From a bacterium (lineage in GTDB: Bacteria > Patescibacteriota > Minisyncoccia > Phycocordibacterales > Phycocordibacteraceae), in NCBI GenBank assembly GCA_021784815.1, contig JAJYHK010000004.1, positions 16,255 to 80,254 on the forward strand: 64,000 nt of DNA, given 5' to 3'. Position numbers and translations under genes: made by a program. The notes under the pieces were generated by a model. That model was given only the letters and a program-made list of their open reading frames with translations. It ran no database searches and had not been told where the DNA came from. Below, one piece after another: positions 38,053-47,328 of the stretch. Numbering within the stretch: the stretch's first letter is position 1; every line of letters begins with the position of its first letter.

Positions 38053-39360
38053 TTATTTCCTGTGGCGGCGGAGGAACGCAGGGATCGCCCCCCATGCCTC
38101 ATCGTCTTCCGGCTCGGGTGCAGCCGCTTCTTCGCGTTTACGTGGCGCTGCAGTTACGATCGGTTCTTCCTTCTCAAGCGAGGAAGGGGCAGTCGATGAG
38201 CGTTGTGGCGCAAGCTCAGGCTTCTCCTCCGCTCTTTCCTTTACCGGTTGCTTCGCCGCGGGCTCCTCGACGCGTTCTTCGCGCTTCAGGAGTTCGTGAT
38301 AGATGCGCCCGCGCTGTTCCTCTTCGCGGCGCTCGCTCGACACGGCCATCGAGAAGAGTGACCGCTCGTGCGCGTGGCTTGCGCCGGTTGAGTGGACAGC
38401 GCCCTCGGGGAAGCCGGTCGCGATGACGATAATGCGGATCTGGCCCTTTTTAAGCTTGTCATCGTGCATCATACCGAAGATGACCCGAGCGTTGGGATCA
38501 ACGGACTCATTGACCACTTTCGCGGCTTCCTGGATTTCCATGATACCAAGATCGTCGGAGCCAGCCACGACAAAGAGAATGCCCTTGGCCCCGCTAATAG
38601 AGACGTCGAGAAGCGGAGAGTTGACCGCCTGGCGCGCCGCTTCCTTAGCGCGGCCGTCGCCATCGGCGACGCCAATGCCCATGAGCGCCGGACCGGCTGC
38701 TTCCATGATGGCTTTAATATCGTTGAAGTCGGTGTTGATTTCACCCGGAGTCGTGATGATGTCGGAGACGCCCTCGACCGCCTGGCGAAGGATCTCATCG
38801 CAGAGCGCGAACGCGTTCTTTGCCGAGGTCTGCACGTCGACCACGGCGAGAAGTTTGTCGTTCGGGATGACAATGAAGGCGTCAACCTCTTTCTTGAGCT
38901 CCTCAAGACCTCGATCGGCGATCTCGCGGCGCTGCGCGCCCTCGAAGGAGAATGGCTTGGTGACGATCGCGATGACGAGCGCACCGACTTCTTTAGCGAT
39001 CTTTGCGACAACAGACGAAGCGCCCGTGCCGGTACCGCCGCCCATACCGCACGTGACGAATACCATGTCGCTGCCCGAGAGCGCCTCTTGGATTTCCTGG
39101 CGCGTCTCTTCCGCAGCGCGCCGACCGAGATCCGGATTCATGCCGGTGCCGAGTCCGCGGGTCAGATTTTTACCAATGTGGATCTTGCGCTTTGCGAGGC
39201 TGCGATGGAGGTCTTGCGCGTCCGAGTTCACCGCGATGAACTCGACGTTTTTCACCTTGGACGCCACCATGTGGTTGACGGCGTTGCAGCCCGATCCGCC
39301 GACGCCTACCACGCGAATGCGCGCAAATGTTTCAATTTCAGGTTCGATCCGCTTCGACAT
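38053..39360 (-). CDS. ftsZ: Cell division protein FtsZ
   Basis: GMGGGTGTG tubulin signature; C-terminal IPAFLRR. Confidence 0.97.
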   Translation of the reverse strand: MSKRIEPEIETFARIRVVGVGGSGCNAVNHMVASKVKNVEFIAVNSDAQDLHRSLAKRKIHIGKNLTRGLGTGMNPDLGRRAAEETRQEIQEALSGSDMVFVTCGMGGGTGTGASSVVAKIAKEVGALVIAIVTKPFSFEGAQRREIADRGLEELKKEVDAFIVIPNDKLLAVVDVQTSAKNAFALCDEILRQAVEGVSDIITTPGEINTDFNDIKAIMEAAGPALMGIGVADGDGRAKEAARQAVNSPLLDVSISGAKGILFVVAGSDDLGIMEIQEAAKVVNESVDPNARVIFGMMHDDKLKKGQIRIIVIATGFPEGAVHSTGASHAHERSLFSMAVSSERREEEQRGRIYHELLKREERVEEPAAKQPVKERAEEKPELAPQRSSTAPSSLEKEEPIVTAAPRKREEAAAPEPEDDEAWGAIPAFLRRHRK

Positions 39361-39462
39361 AGAGACTACTGGTCAGTCCACGCCATAATAACAGAAGCGC
39401 GAGGAATGCAAATATTGACAATATGCAAATGTGACTCGTGCATACCGCATGAAAATGAGCCG

Positions 39463-40623
39463 CTACGGCAGGAACTGTTTGAGGAATCCGGTTACGCTCG
39501 CGCGAAAATTCTTTCTCGGCACGGTCGTCTCGCCAGTGAGACCCCAGACCGCAAGACCGTATGCGACCGCCCAGGTTGCGTCGCGCATCTTGGTGTCGAC
39601 CGAAAGCCGTAGTTCCGCAAGGCGTGCAGGCAGCTTCAGGGTGTCTTTTGCAATGTCGCTAATCGAGCCGATGCCTGCACCGCCTCCCGAGATAATGATG
39701 CCCGCAGGCAAGGGACCGCGCTGTCCAAGCGATTTGAGATGACGCGCTATGAGGCCGAAGAGCGCGTTCAGCCGCATCGAAATGATGTCATCAACCTTCT
39801 TGCGCGGGTACATGTGGCCGGTGAGCTTGCCGAGCTTCACGCGCTCCGCTTCCTCGAGTGAAATACGCAGCCCGAGCGCTATGTCATCAGTCACGTGGCT
39901 CGAGCCCATGGGAAACACCTTTATCGAGAAGGGAATGCCTTCGTCATAGACGACGATAGAGACCGTCTCGGCGCCGATATTTGCGAGCACACAGCCCTTC
40001 ATTTTCTGGTCGTTCGTGAGGAGCATGTAGGACCCGGCAAGCGGGGAAGCCATTTGATCGATGACCTCGATATCAGCGTCTTCAACCGCTTCAGTGAGCA
40101 TTTCCTGATGCTGCGTGAGGCAGGTGATGAAGAGGTAATCAGTCTCGAGCTTGACGCCCTTCATGCCGATCGGATCGCCGAGCACGCGCGTACCGTCGAC
40201 GCGGTGCTCGACCGGGATGCTGTGGAGCACGGTACGGTTAAGGAAGCTCGGGGCTGCTGCAGCGCGCGCGGCATGTGCTGCCTTCTCAATGTCAAGGGGG
40301 GTGATTTCCTGATCGGCGCGGCTGATGACCGCCTCGCCGCTTGCGCGGGTTTCGTCGAGTGAGATGCCTCCAATCGCCACAAAGCCCGAGCGGATCGGGA
40401 CTCGTGCGACTGATTCCGCTTGGCGTTTCGCTTCGCGAATACTCGCAGTCACGTCAGCTTTGTCAACCACATAGCCGCCGCGGAGTCCGCGCGATTCGGC
40501 AAGGCCGGTACCGATGATACGCGGATGGCGCCGCGAGGTGCGCGGATCAGTTACCTCTTCAACCACGACCAGTTTGACCTGGGACGTGCCGATATCAATG
40601 CCGGTGGCGATGCGTCGGGACAT
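39463..40623 (-). CDS. ftsA: Cell division protein FtsA
   Basis: GIDIGTSQVK, SRGLRGG, NIGAET, SGGGA; upstream of ftsZ. Confidence 0.93.
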   Translation of the reverse strand: MSRRIATGIDIGTSQVKLVVVEEVTDPRTSRRHPRIIGTGLAESRGLRGGYVVDKADVTASIREAKRQAESVARVPIRSGFVAIGGISLDETRASGEAVISRADQEITPLDIEKAAHAARAAAAPSFLNRTVLHSIPVEHRVDGTRVLGDPIGMKGVKLETDYLFITCLTQHQEMLTEAVEDADIEVIDQMASPLAGSYMLLTNDQKMKGCVLANIGAETVSIVVYDEGIPFSIKVFPMGSSHVTDDIALGLRISLEEAERVKLGKLTGHMYPRKKVDDIISMRLNALFGLIARHLKSLGQRGPLPAGIIISGGGAGIGSISDIAKDTLKLPARLAELRLSVDTKMRDATWAVAYGLAVWGLTGETTVPRKNFRASVTGFLKQFLP

Positions 40624-41026
40624 GGGTACGAGCGCGCCCGCGACTCTTGACGAAGTGCGCCAAGAGTCTTCGTTCGCTTCGTTCCATCGTACCGCCATGG
40701 GTCTCTCCTTTCAAATGGAGTAATCCGTGGATAAAAAGATAGAGGACGAATACGCGCTCGGTCATCTCGTAGCTGCTCGCTTGTTTACGGGCTTGAGCGA
40801 GGCAGATGAATATCTCGCCGTTTTTCTCGCCGAGGGCATAGGAAAGGACATTCGGGACGTACGTTTTGCGCCGCAGGCGCTCGTTGAGCGTCCTGGCGCG
40901 TGCACTCGGGACGAACACGAGCGAGATATCCCAGCCGGGGAGTACCTTGGCCGTGACGGCTGCATACGGAAAACGCGGCACTCGTTCGTGCCGCGCCAAA
41001 TTGGTTACGGAGACGTTAGCCATCAC
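40595..41026 (-). CDS. ybeY: rRNA maturation endoribonuclease YbeY
   Basis: PNVLSY, GEIFI, HGLLHLKGETH. Confidence 0.88.
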   Translation of the reverse strand: MMANVSVTNLARHERVPRFPYAAVTAKVLPGWDISLVFVPSARARTLNERLRRKTYVPNVLSYALGEKNGEIFICLAQARKQASSYEMTERVFVLYLFIHGLLHLKGETHGGTMERSERRLLAHFVKSRGRARTHVPTHRHRH

Positions 41027-41038
41027 TGATGGCTCGAT

Positions 41039-41293
41039 CTAGCGACGCGTTCGACGCGCTGCCGGATCAATCTTGCCGAGCTTCACGAGCTCCTCGTAGC
41101 GCTCGCGGCGCCCTTTTGAAATGAGTGCGCGGCGATGCTGGACGTTCTTCGACTTCGTGCGCTCCCAGTAGCGGCGATCGCGCATCTCGCGCACGAGGCC
41201 AAGGCCCTGGGCGCGACGGGAGAAACGGCGGATAAGCGCGGTTGAGCTCTCATTCTTGCCGCGGCGGACTTCAATACGAGTGCTAGCTGTCAT
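41039..41293 (-). CDS. rpsU: 30S ribosomal protein S21
   Basis: IEVRRGKNESSTALIRRFSRR; short and basic. Confidence 0.75.
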   Translation of the reverse strand: MTASTRIEVRRGKNESSTALIRRFSRRAQGLGLVREMRDRRYWERTKSKNVQHRRALISKGRRERYEELVKLGKIDPAARRTRR

Positions 41294-41493
41294 GTGTGCC
41301 GCACTGTACCATTTGCGGCCAGCGCGCGCAATGTCCTGGTGCCGCGCTGTGGATTTCACCTGCAAGAACGGCCGCATGCGGAGGCGTGGGGCAATTCAGG
41401 GATGCTGTGCCCGAGAGCCTCGCTAGGGCGAGCCGTCGCGCGGTGCGGGTATCGCTCTCATGAGCGCAAGGCCAAGCGGCGGCCGCGGATGGG

Positions 41494-42642
41494 TTATGCC
41501 GTTACCGAGCGAAGCTCTTCTACGAGCTTGGCGAGTGGAACGACTGTTTCTTGCTGAGTGCGCAGATCGCGCAGGATCGCGCAGTGTTCAAGCGCCTCTT
41601 TGCGGCCCATGACGATCATATAGGGACAGGCGTGGCGCTCGGCAAGGATCAGCTGCTCGGTGAGGCTCTCGACCCCGATATTTTGGAGCAGCGGCAATCG
41701 CGCCTTGCGGAAATGCTCGGCGAGTTCGATGGAAAGCCGCTTCGCTTCATCGCCGATGTGCACGAAGGCGAAGCGTACGCGCGCCGCGCGCTTCGCGGCC
41801 GGTTGGGTGCTTACGATGCCGCTGCTGTTTATCTGCAGCACGACGCCGACCGCCGGCGTCGCCGCGCCAAGGAGGTGCTTGGCAAGGTCGCTATACCGGG
41901 ATCCCCACGCGACGCGCCGATCGCGCACGGTGATTTCAAAGCAGGTCTCGCTCCAAGCGCCGCCCATGCTAATGAGATCGCGCGCGAGCTCATACGGCGT
42001 CTCGGTCATCTCGAGGTACTCGAGCAATTCTTCGAAACGCCTACGGCTTGCATCCGAGAGGTGTTCCGTCGGCACAGGGAGGTCGTCAGCGCACGCACGG
42101 GTGACCACCATTTTAGCTGCCTCGACCGCATTGTCTTTGGCGCGTTCGGTGCAGTCGCTCGGCAGGGAATCGGCGTGCTTGCGGAAATACGTGCCGAGCT
42201 CCCGCGTGTAGCGCGCCCGGGTCTCCTTGTCGCCCATCGAGTTCACCCGGATGACCGGCTCTTCGCCGAACAGCTCGCGGATGAGTACCAACATCGCGCG
42301 CATGATGAGCGTATCAGAGAGCGGCCGGTCGGTACCGATGGCATGGAACTGCACGATGGCCTTTTTAGGCGCTATCCGGCCGGGTGCGATATTGGTATGC
42401 CACACGAAGACGGGTCGGCGGATGTTCGGCTCTGAGTCCGTGCGCTGAAGCTGCTTCACGAAGCTGGCCACCGTTTGAGCAATAGGGTCAAGTGCGAGAC
42501 CTGAAAGTGCGTTCGGTTCCGCGGGCCTCATCGTTCCGCGACTCTTTTGAGTGAGGACCGTCAGGGGTGTAAATCCGTAGTATTGGCCGACCGCGGCGGC
42601 GTGGGTCAAGATCTCGTCAGCGGGAATGGTGTCGCGCATCAT
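41494..42642 (-). CDS. Histidyl-tRNA-synthetase-like protein with degenerate catalytic motifs
   Basis: YGF, INSMGD-like segment, SRYSDL, HGTP anticodon-binding C-terminus; motif 2 degenerate. Confidence 0.7.
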   Translation of the reverse strand: MMRDTIPADEILTHAAAVGQYYGFTPLTVLTQKSRGTMRPAEPNALSGLALDPIAQTVASFVKQLQRTDSEPNIRRPVFVWHTNIAPGRIAPKKAIVQFHAIGTDRPLSDTLIMRAMLVLIRELFGEEPVIRVNSMGDKETRARYTRELGTYFRKHADSLPSDCTERAKDNAVEAAKMVVTRACADDLPVPTEHLSDASRRRFEELLEYLEMTETPYELARDLISMGGAWSETCFEITVRDRRVAWGSRYSDLAKHLLGAATPAVGVVLQINSSGIVSTQPAAKRAARVRFAFVHIGDEAKRLSIELAEHFRKARLPLLQNIGVESLTEQLILAERHACPYMIVMGRKEALEHCAILRDLRTQQETVVPLAKLVEELRSVTA

Positions 42643-43280
42643 AGCGCCGCAACAGATGGGGAGATTGGGTACACAAAGCCGGTAGCGGAAGCCGAACTGG
42701 TAGCGGTGATGATTTTTGAGGTCTTGTAGGTAGCGGCGCCGGGGAATAGGCCGGCCTGCGGGAGCGGCAGTAGCCGAGCGTCGACGCGGCCGATGATGTC
42801 TTTGCGCGGCACAGGACCCCACACGCGGCTGTCGGAGCTATTGGGCCGGTTATCGCCCATGACGAAGTACTGTCCAGGACCGAGCGTGGTGCTATTGGTG
42901 TAGGTCGTGTCTTCGTTCACGACGTAGGGCTCTTTGAGGATAATGCCCGTGCCGTTTGGCTCGATGATGGTGACGATGCCGTGATTAATCGATACGGTCT
43001 CGCCCGGAAGCCCGATAATGCGCTTGATGTAGAAGATGGAAGGATCGTCCGGGTAGCGGAAGACGATCACGTCGCCGCGCTGCGGCTTGGAGAAATCATA
43101 GACAAGCTCATCGATGATGAGGTAGTCCATGTTGTGGAAGGTGGGGTACATGGATTCGCCATCAACGACGAATGGCGAGATGACAAACAAACGGATGGGA
43201 ATGACGACCACGACGATGAGCAGGGCGAGGATGAAAAGATCTTTCAGCAACCCTTTACCCGTGTCGCGCATTGCGCCCAT
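42639..43280 (-). CDS. lepB: Signal peptidase I
   Basis: GESMYPT, YIKRIIGLPG, GDNRPNSSDSR. Confidence 0.94.
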   Translation of the reverse strand: MGAMRDTGKGLLKDLFILALLIVVVVIPIRLFVISPFVVDGESMYPTFHNMDYLIIDELVYDFSKPQRGDVIVFRYPDDPSIFYIKRIIGLPGETVSINHGIVTIIEPNGTGIILKEPYVVNEDTTYTNSTTLGPGQYFVMGDNRPNSSDSRVWGPVPRKDIIGRVDARLLPLPQAGLFPGAATYKTSKIITATSSASATGFVYPISPSVAAL

Positions 43281-43421
43281 TGTACTTGCCTCGAACCAAC
43301 ATGCAAGGCTTGCGCGGTTCGGTTTCTGGAGAATGAAATGAATTGATGAAAGTCTGTAGTGCCGAAGCACGCCGCGCGCACCGGCGCACTAAAGTACGCG
43401 CAGGTGGTACTATGTCGATCA

Positions 43422-44018
43422 ATGCCGCTCGTAATGGTCGGTCTCGGTAACCCGGGCAAGGAGTACGAAAAGACCCGGCACAATGCCGGGCGCATGGCGC
43501 TCGAGCTCTTGGCGAAGCAGGACAAGCTCGAGGATTTTGTATTCAACAAAAAAGCGAACGCGCTCGCCGCGGATGGCGTGGTCGGCGGCGAGAAAACGAC
43601 GCTTGTGCTGCCAGAGACGTTTATGAACGCATCGGGCAAAGCGGTCGCGGCCTTTGTAAAGACGCCCAAAGCGGCAAAGGGCATGCTCGTGGTGCATGAC
43701 GATCTCGATTTGCCCGTTGGAACGATCAAAATGGTGTTTGCCCGCGGCAGCGGCGGCCACAAGGGCGTGGAAAGCATCATGCGCGCTATTAAGACGAAGG
43801 ACTTCGCGCGGATTCGCGTCGGCGTCGCGCCCGCAGGCAAAAAGAATCAGGCAAAGAAGCTCAAAGACGAAGAGAAGGTGATCAAGCACGTGATCGGCGC
43901 GTTCAAGTCGGCAGAAGAGCCGGCGCTTAAGAAGTCGCTCAAGAAGGCGGTCGAAGCTGCGCGCATTTTCGCCGAAAGCGGCATCGAGGCGGCGATGATG
44001 TTTGCGAATACGAAATAA
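43422..44018 (+). CDS. pth: Peptidyl-tRNA hydrolase
   Basis: VGLGNPG...TRHNAG, FMNASG, HDDLD, GGHKG. Confidence 0.95.
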   Translation: MPLVMVGLGNPGKEYEKTRHNAGRMALELLAKQDKLEDFVFNKKANALAADGVVGGEKTTLVLPETFMNASGKAVAAFVKTPKAAKGMLVVHDDLDLPVGTIKMVFARGSGGHKGVESIMRAIKTKDFARIRVGVAPAGKKNQAKKLKDEEKVIKHVIGAFKSAEEPALKKSLKKAVEAARIFAESGIEAAMMFANTK

Positions 44019-44091
44019 GCGAGCGCAGCGCATAATTCGCTCGTGCAAGTTCTTGATTCTCGTCGTACTCTTGCGGTGATACACTTTCGTT

Positions 44092-44859
44092 ATGAAAAAG
44101 GAGCTGCCGAAATATCCGTCACGGACGCGGTTCGGGGAGATTGTGTGCGAGTATCAGCAGCCGCTGCGCAAGTCGAACAAGGTCGTGATCCTCTGCGGCG
44201 GCATGCCGGGATATCCCGGAAGAACGGCAGGGAGCGTGCTCGCGCGTTTTGCCGAGCGCGGGTACTGGGCGTTTTCGCTCCGGTATCGCGGCAGCTGGGA
44301 GAGCGGTGGGCTTTTCCTTGATAAATCGCCGCACGAAGACGTGCGTGCAGTCATCGACGGGCTCGAAAAGGGGTTTAAAGACGCATGGAGCGAGGAGATG
44401 CGGCGAATCGAGAAGCCGCAGGTGAGCGTCATTGGCGTCTCCTTTGGTGGTCCGGCGGCAATCCTTGTTTCTCGCGACCCGCGCGTCAAGAAGGCCGTGG
44501 CCCTTTCGCCGGTGATCGACTGGATGCGTCAAGAAGGTACGACCGAGCCGCTTGGCTTCATAGCGCGCTTTGTGCGCGACGGTTTCGGCGAAGCGTATCG
44601 AGCCGATAAGACGGCGTGGCTCAAGTTCGCAAGCGGGACCTTCTATAACCCGGTGCGGCACGCCAAAAATATCGACGGCAAAAAGCTGCTCATCATCCAC
44701 GCCAAAGATGACGAGGTGGTCCCGTTTGCACCGGCAAAAGAATTCGCCGACGCGACCGGTGCGTATTTCGTCAGCCTGCGCCGCGGTGGCCATCTTGGCT
44801 CAGCGGCGGTGCTGAAGCCGCACCTCTGGCGACGCGTGGAGCCGTTTCTAAAGAAGTAG
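44092..44859 (+). CDS. Alpha/beta hydrolase (S9-like)
   Basis: GVSFGG nucleophile elbow, DDEVV, GGH. Confidence 0.85.
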   Translation: MKKELPKYPSRTRFGEIVCEYQQPLRKSNKVVILCGGMPGYPGRTAGSVLARFAERGYWAFSLRYRGSWESGGLFLDKSPHEDVRAVIDGLEKGFKDAWSEEMRRIEKPQVSVIGVSFGGPAAILVSRDPRVKKAVALSPVIDWMRQEGTTEPLGFIARFVRDGFGEAYRADKTAWLKFASGTFYNPVRHAKNIDGKKLLIIHAKDDEVVPFAPAKEFADATGAYFVSLRRGGHLGSAAVLKPHLWRRVEPFLKK

Positions 44860-44876
44860 CGAGAAGCTCGGAAATG

Positions 44877-44911
44877 GAAAATGCCCGGCCGCGCAGCGGC
44901 CGGGCATTTTC
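44877..44911. terminator. Bidirectional terminator
   Basis: GAAAATGCCCGGCCGC/GCGGCCGGGCATTTTC. Confidence 0.7.
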
Positions 44912-44928
44912 TCGGGAACGGAGTCGAG

Positions 44929-46053
44929 TTACTTCTTGCCGACGAAGGAGAGCGTCATGCGCTGGTCCTTTGGTTCGAACAGGGTAATCGTGAACGGATA
45001 CGTCTTGCCAAGCTCGAGCGTTTGGCGCAGCGTCTGCGGCGATTCGAATTCGCTCACGTGTACGAGGCCGGCGACGCCTTCTTCGATCGAGGCGAGCGCG
45101 CCGTGCTTGTTGTACTTGATGATGACGCCCGGCACCTCCATACCCTTTTTGTAGCGGTCGCCGGCGGTATGCCACGGATTATCTTTGAGCGCTTTGATCG
45201 AGAGCGAGACTTTCCCATCCTTGATTTCGATGACCTTCACACGCACCTTGTCGCCGACAGCGAAGAGCGCGCGCGGGTCCTCGACAAGGCCCCAGTCGAG
45301 TTCGCTGATGTGCACGAGGCCTTCGAGGCCCGGCTCGAGCTTCACGAAGACGCCGAAGTCGACGACGCCGGTCACTTCGCCGTCGATGATGTCACCGATC
45401 TGGTACTTGTCGGTGAGCGAGGTCTTCTCCTCAACCTCATCGCCCGTACGTTCGGAGAAGATAAGCTTGCCCTCCTTCGCGTCGGCGGTGATGATGCGGA
45501 CCGACAACGGCTTACCAATGAACTTGTTGAGTTCCTCGAGAATTTTTTCCTTGTCGCCCTCGGGCACGCGCGGGTAGTGTTCCTTGGAGAGCTGGGACGC
45601 AGGGAGGAAGCCCTGGATGCCCTGCCAGGAGAGAATAAGACCGCCCTTGTTCGCCTCGTCGACCGTGAGGGTGTACGCGGTCTCGGCGGCGATGGCTTGC
45701 TCGGCCTCGCCCCAGATGGCGGCCTGGCGCGCTTCCTTAAGTGAGAGCTCAATGTAGCCATCCCGGCCGGCAGGGTCGACGACCTTAGCGCTAATGGCGT
45801 CGCCGATGTTCGTCTTGCGCAGCACGTCAGCGGCGTTGAGATATTCGCGGCCGTAAATAAGGCCGGTGCCAAACGGCGGCAGGTCTATGTAGACGCGGCC
45901 GCGGGAAATCGCGATGACCGTGCCCTCAACGAGGTCGCCCGCGCCCGGCGGCGTGGCGATGTTGCCAATGAGCGCCGCCATCGGGTGGCCCGCCTCGAGC
46001 TGAATGGTCGCTACGGGATCAATCGGAGCGACAATCTTCTTGTCTTCAATCAT
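44929..46053 (-). CDS. rpsA: 30S ribosomal protein S1 (4 S1 domains)
   Basis: Repeated S1 domains (GFLPASQL; DFGVFV..GLVHISEL). Confidence 0.9.
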   Translation of the reverse strand: MIEDKKIVAPIDPVATIQLEAGHPMAALIGNIATPPGAGDLVEGTVIAISRGRVYIDLPPFGTGLIYGREYLNAADVLRKTNIGDAISAKVVDPAGRDGYIELSLKEARQAAIWGEAEQAIAAETAYTLTVDEANKGGLILSWQGIQGFLPASQLSKEHYPRVPEGDKEKILEELNKFIGKPLSVRIITADAKEGKLIFSERTGDEVEEKTSLTDKYQIGDIIDGEVTGVVDFGVFVKLEPGLEGLVHISELDWGLVEDPRALFAVGDKVRVKVIEIKDGKVSLSIKALKDNPWHTAGDRYKKGMEVPGVIIKYNKHGALASIEEGVAGLVHVSEFESPQTLRQTLELGKTYPFTITLFEPKDQRMTLSFVGKK

Positions 46054-46291
46054 TACTATGATAAAGCCGGACAAATGTTCAGAAGAGTACTGGCGCTGCC
46101 CGTGCAGCGCGAGGGTTAGCTCTTCCTACTGTGCCCGCTAACGTCCGTAGCATAGCAAGAAATGGGGAAAAATCAAAGCGATGCGCTACCGGGGAAGCCG
46201 ACCAAGAAATAAGCATCGCCAGAGCGACGCTGCGTAGGCGAGGCGCGTTTGAGTGGCCTCGTTGCGCAAATTCTGGTAAAATACGGACACG

Positions 46292-46930
46292 ATGGTTATT
46301 ACCCATCACAGCGGCCAGTGCTTTAAGGTGACCTTTGGCGATCTCACGCTCGTCTTCGATCCTGTCGCTAAGAATGGGACGCTCCCGGGCGTGCGCTTCG
46401 GCGCCGACCTTGCGCTCGTTTCGCGCAATCACCCGAACATGAACGGCATCGATGAAGTCTCGTATGGCGGCAAAGAACCGTTTGCGGTTCTCGGGCCGGG
46501 AGAATACGAGCACTCCGGAGTGACCGTGCAGGGATTTCTCTCGAGCAGCGCATACGGATTTGCGAAAGGGCAGGAGAGGGCGGTGAATACGGTCTACGCC
46601 GTTGAGCTCGAGGACATGACGCTCGTGCACCTGGGAGCGCTCGTGGACGAGGAACTCCCCAAAGCTGCGCGCGAGGGTATCGATGCGGTGGATGTGCTCT
46701 TCGTGCCAATCGGTGGGGACGGGGTGCTTTCGCCGGGGAAGGCGCATGAGCTTGCTGTTGCGCTCGAACCGAGAATTATCGTGCCGATGCACTGGAGCGG
46801 TATGGGCGAGCCGAAGGCGCTTGATGCATTTCTTAAGGAGGCAGGCGGCGGCGAGAAGGTCGACAAACTTACGCTCAAGCGGAAGGATCTTGCGGGGCAC
46901 GATGGGAGTATACTAGTCCTAACCCCATAA
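46292..46930 (+). CDS. MBL-fold metallo-hydrolase-like protein
   Basis: CFKV...DP, GPGEYE, HLG, DVLFVPIGG, IVPMH. Confidence 0.8.
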   Translation: MVITHHSGQCFKVTFGDLTLVFDPVAKNGTLPGVRFGADLALVSRNHPNMNGIDEVSYGGKEPFAVLGPGEYEHSGVTVQGFLSSSAYGFAKGQERAVNTVYAVELEDMTLVHLGALVDEELPKAAREGIDAVDVLFVPIGGDGVLSPGKAHELAVALEPRIIVPMHWSGMGEPKALDAFLKEAGGGEKVDKLTLKRKDLAGHDGSILVLTP

Positions 46931-46935
46931 GAGAC

Positions 46936-47298
46936 ATGAAAGGCGTCCGGCATCATATTGAGCGAGTCCGTGCACAGCCGCACCACATCCGCAAGCGGGT
47001 CGTGTTCGGAATCGCGGGCGGCGTTGCGGGCCTCATCGGGTTCATTTGGCTCGGTAGCTCGCTAGCCGCAGGTGCGTTCTTTCTCCACCCAACCTCTTTT
47101 GCGCAGGCGCTTGCGCCGCAGCAACCCGTCTACGCGTCAACCACCGCTACGCCGGACGGCAGTAACCTGGCCGGTGCCGCAGCCGCCTTTAACGCGCAAC
47201 AGCAGAGCGAGCCGGCGCACATCGTTATCGTGAACGCGCCCTCGTCGGCCTCGAAGGCTGCCACGGCAACGACGACTCAAACGACTATTCCGTTCTAG
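46936..47298 (+). CDS. Hypothetical membrane-anchored protein
   Basis: PHHIRKR followed by a TM segment and a low-complexity tail. Confidence 0.65.
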   Translation: MKGVRHHIERVRAQPHHIRKRVVFGIAGGVAGLIGFIWLGSSLAAGAFFLHPTSFAQALAPQQPVYASTTATPDGSNLAGAAAAFNAQQQSEPAHIVIVNAPSSASKAATATTTQTTIPF

Positions 47299-47328
47299 TT
47301 TCTTTTTTGAATACGCGAATCGCTTACC

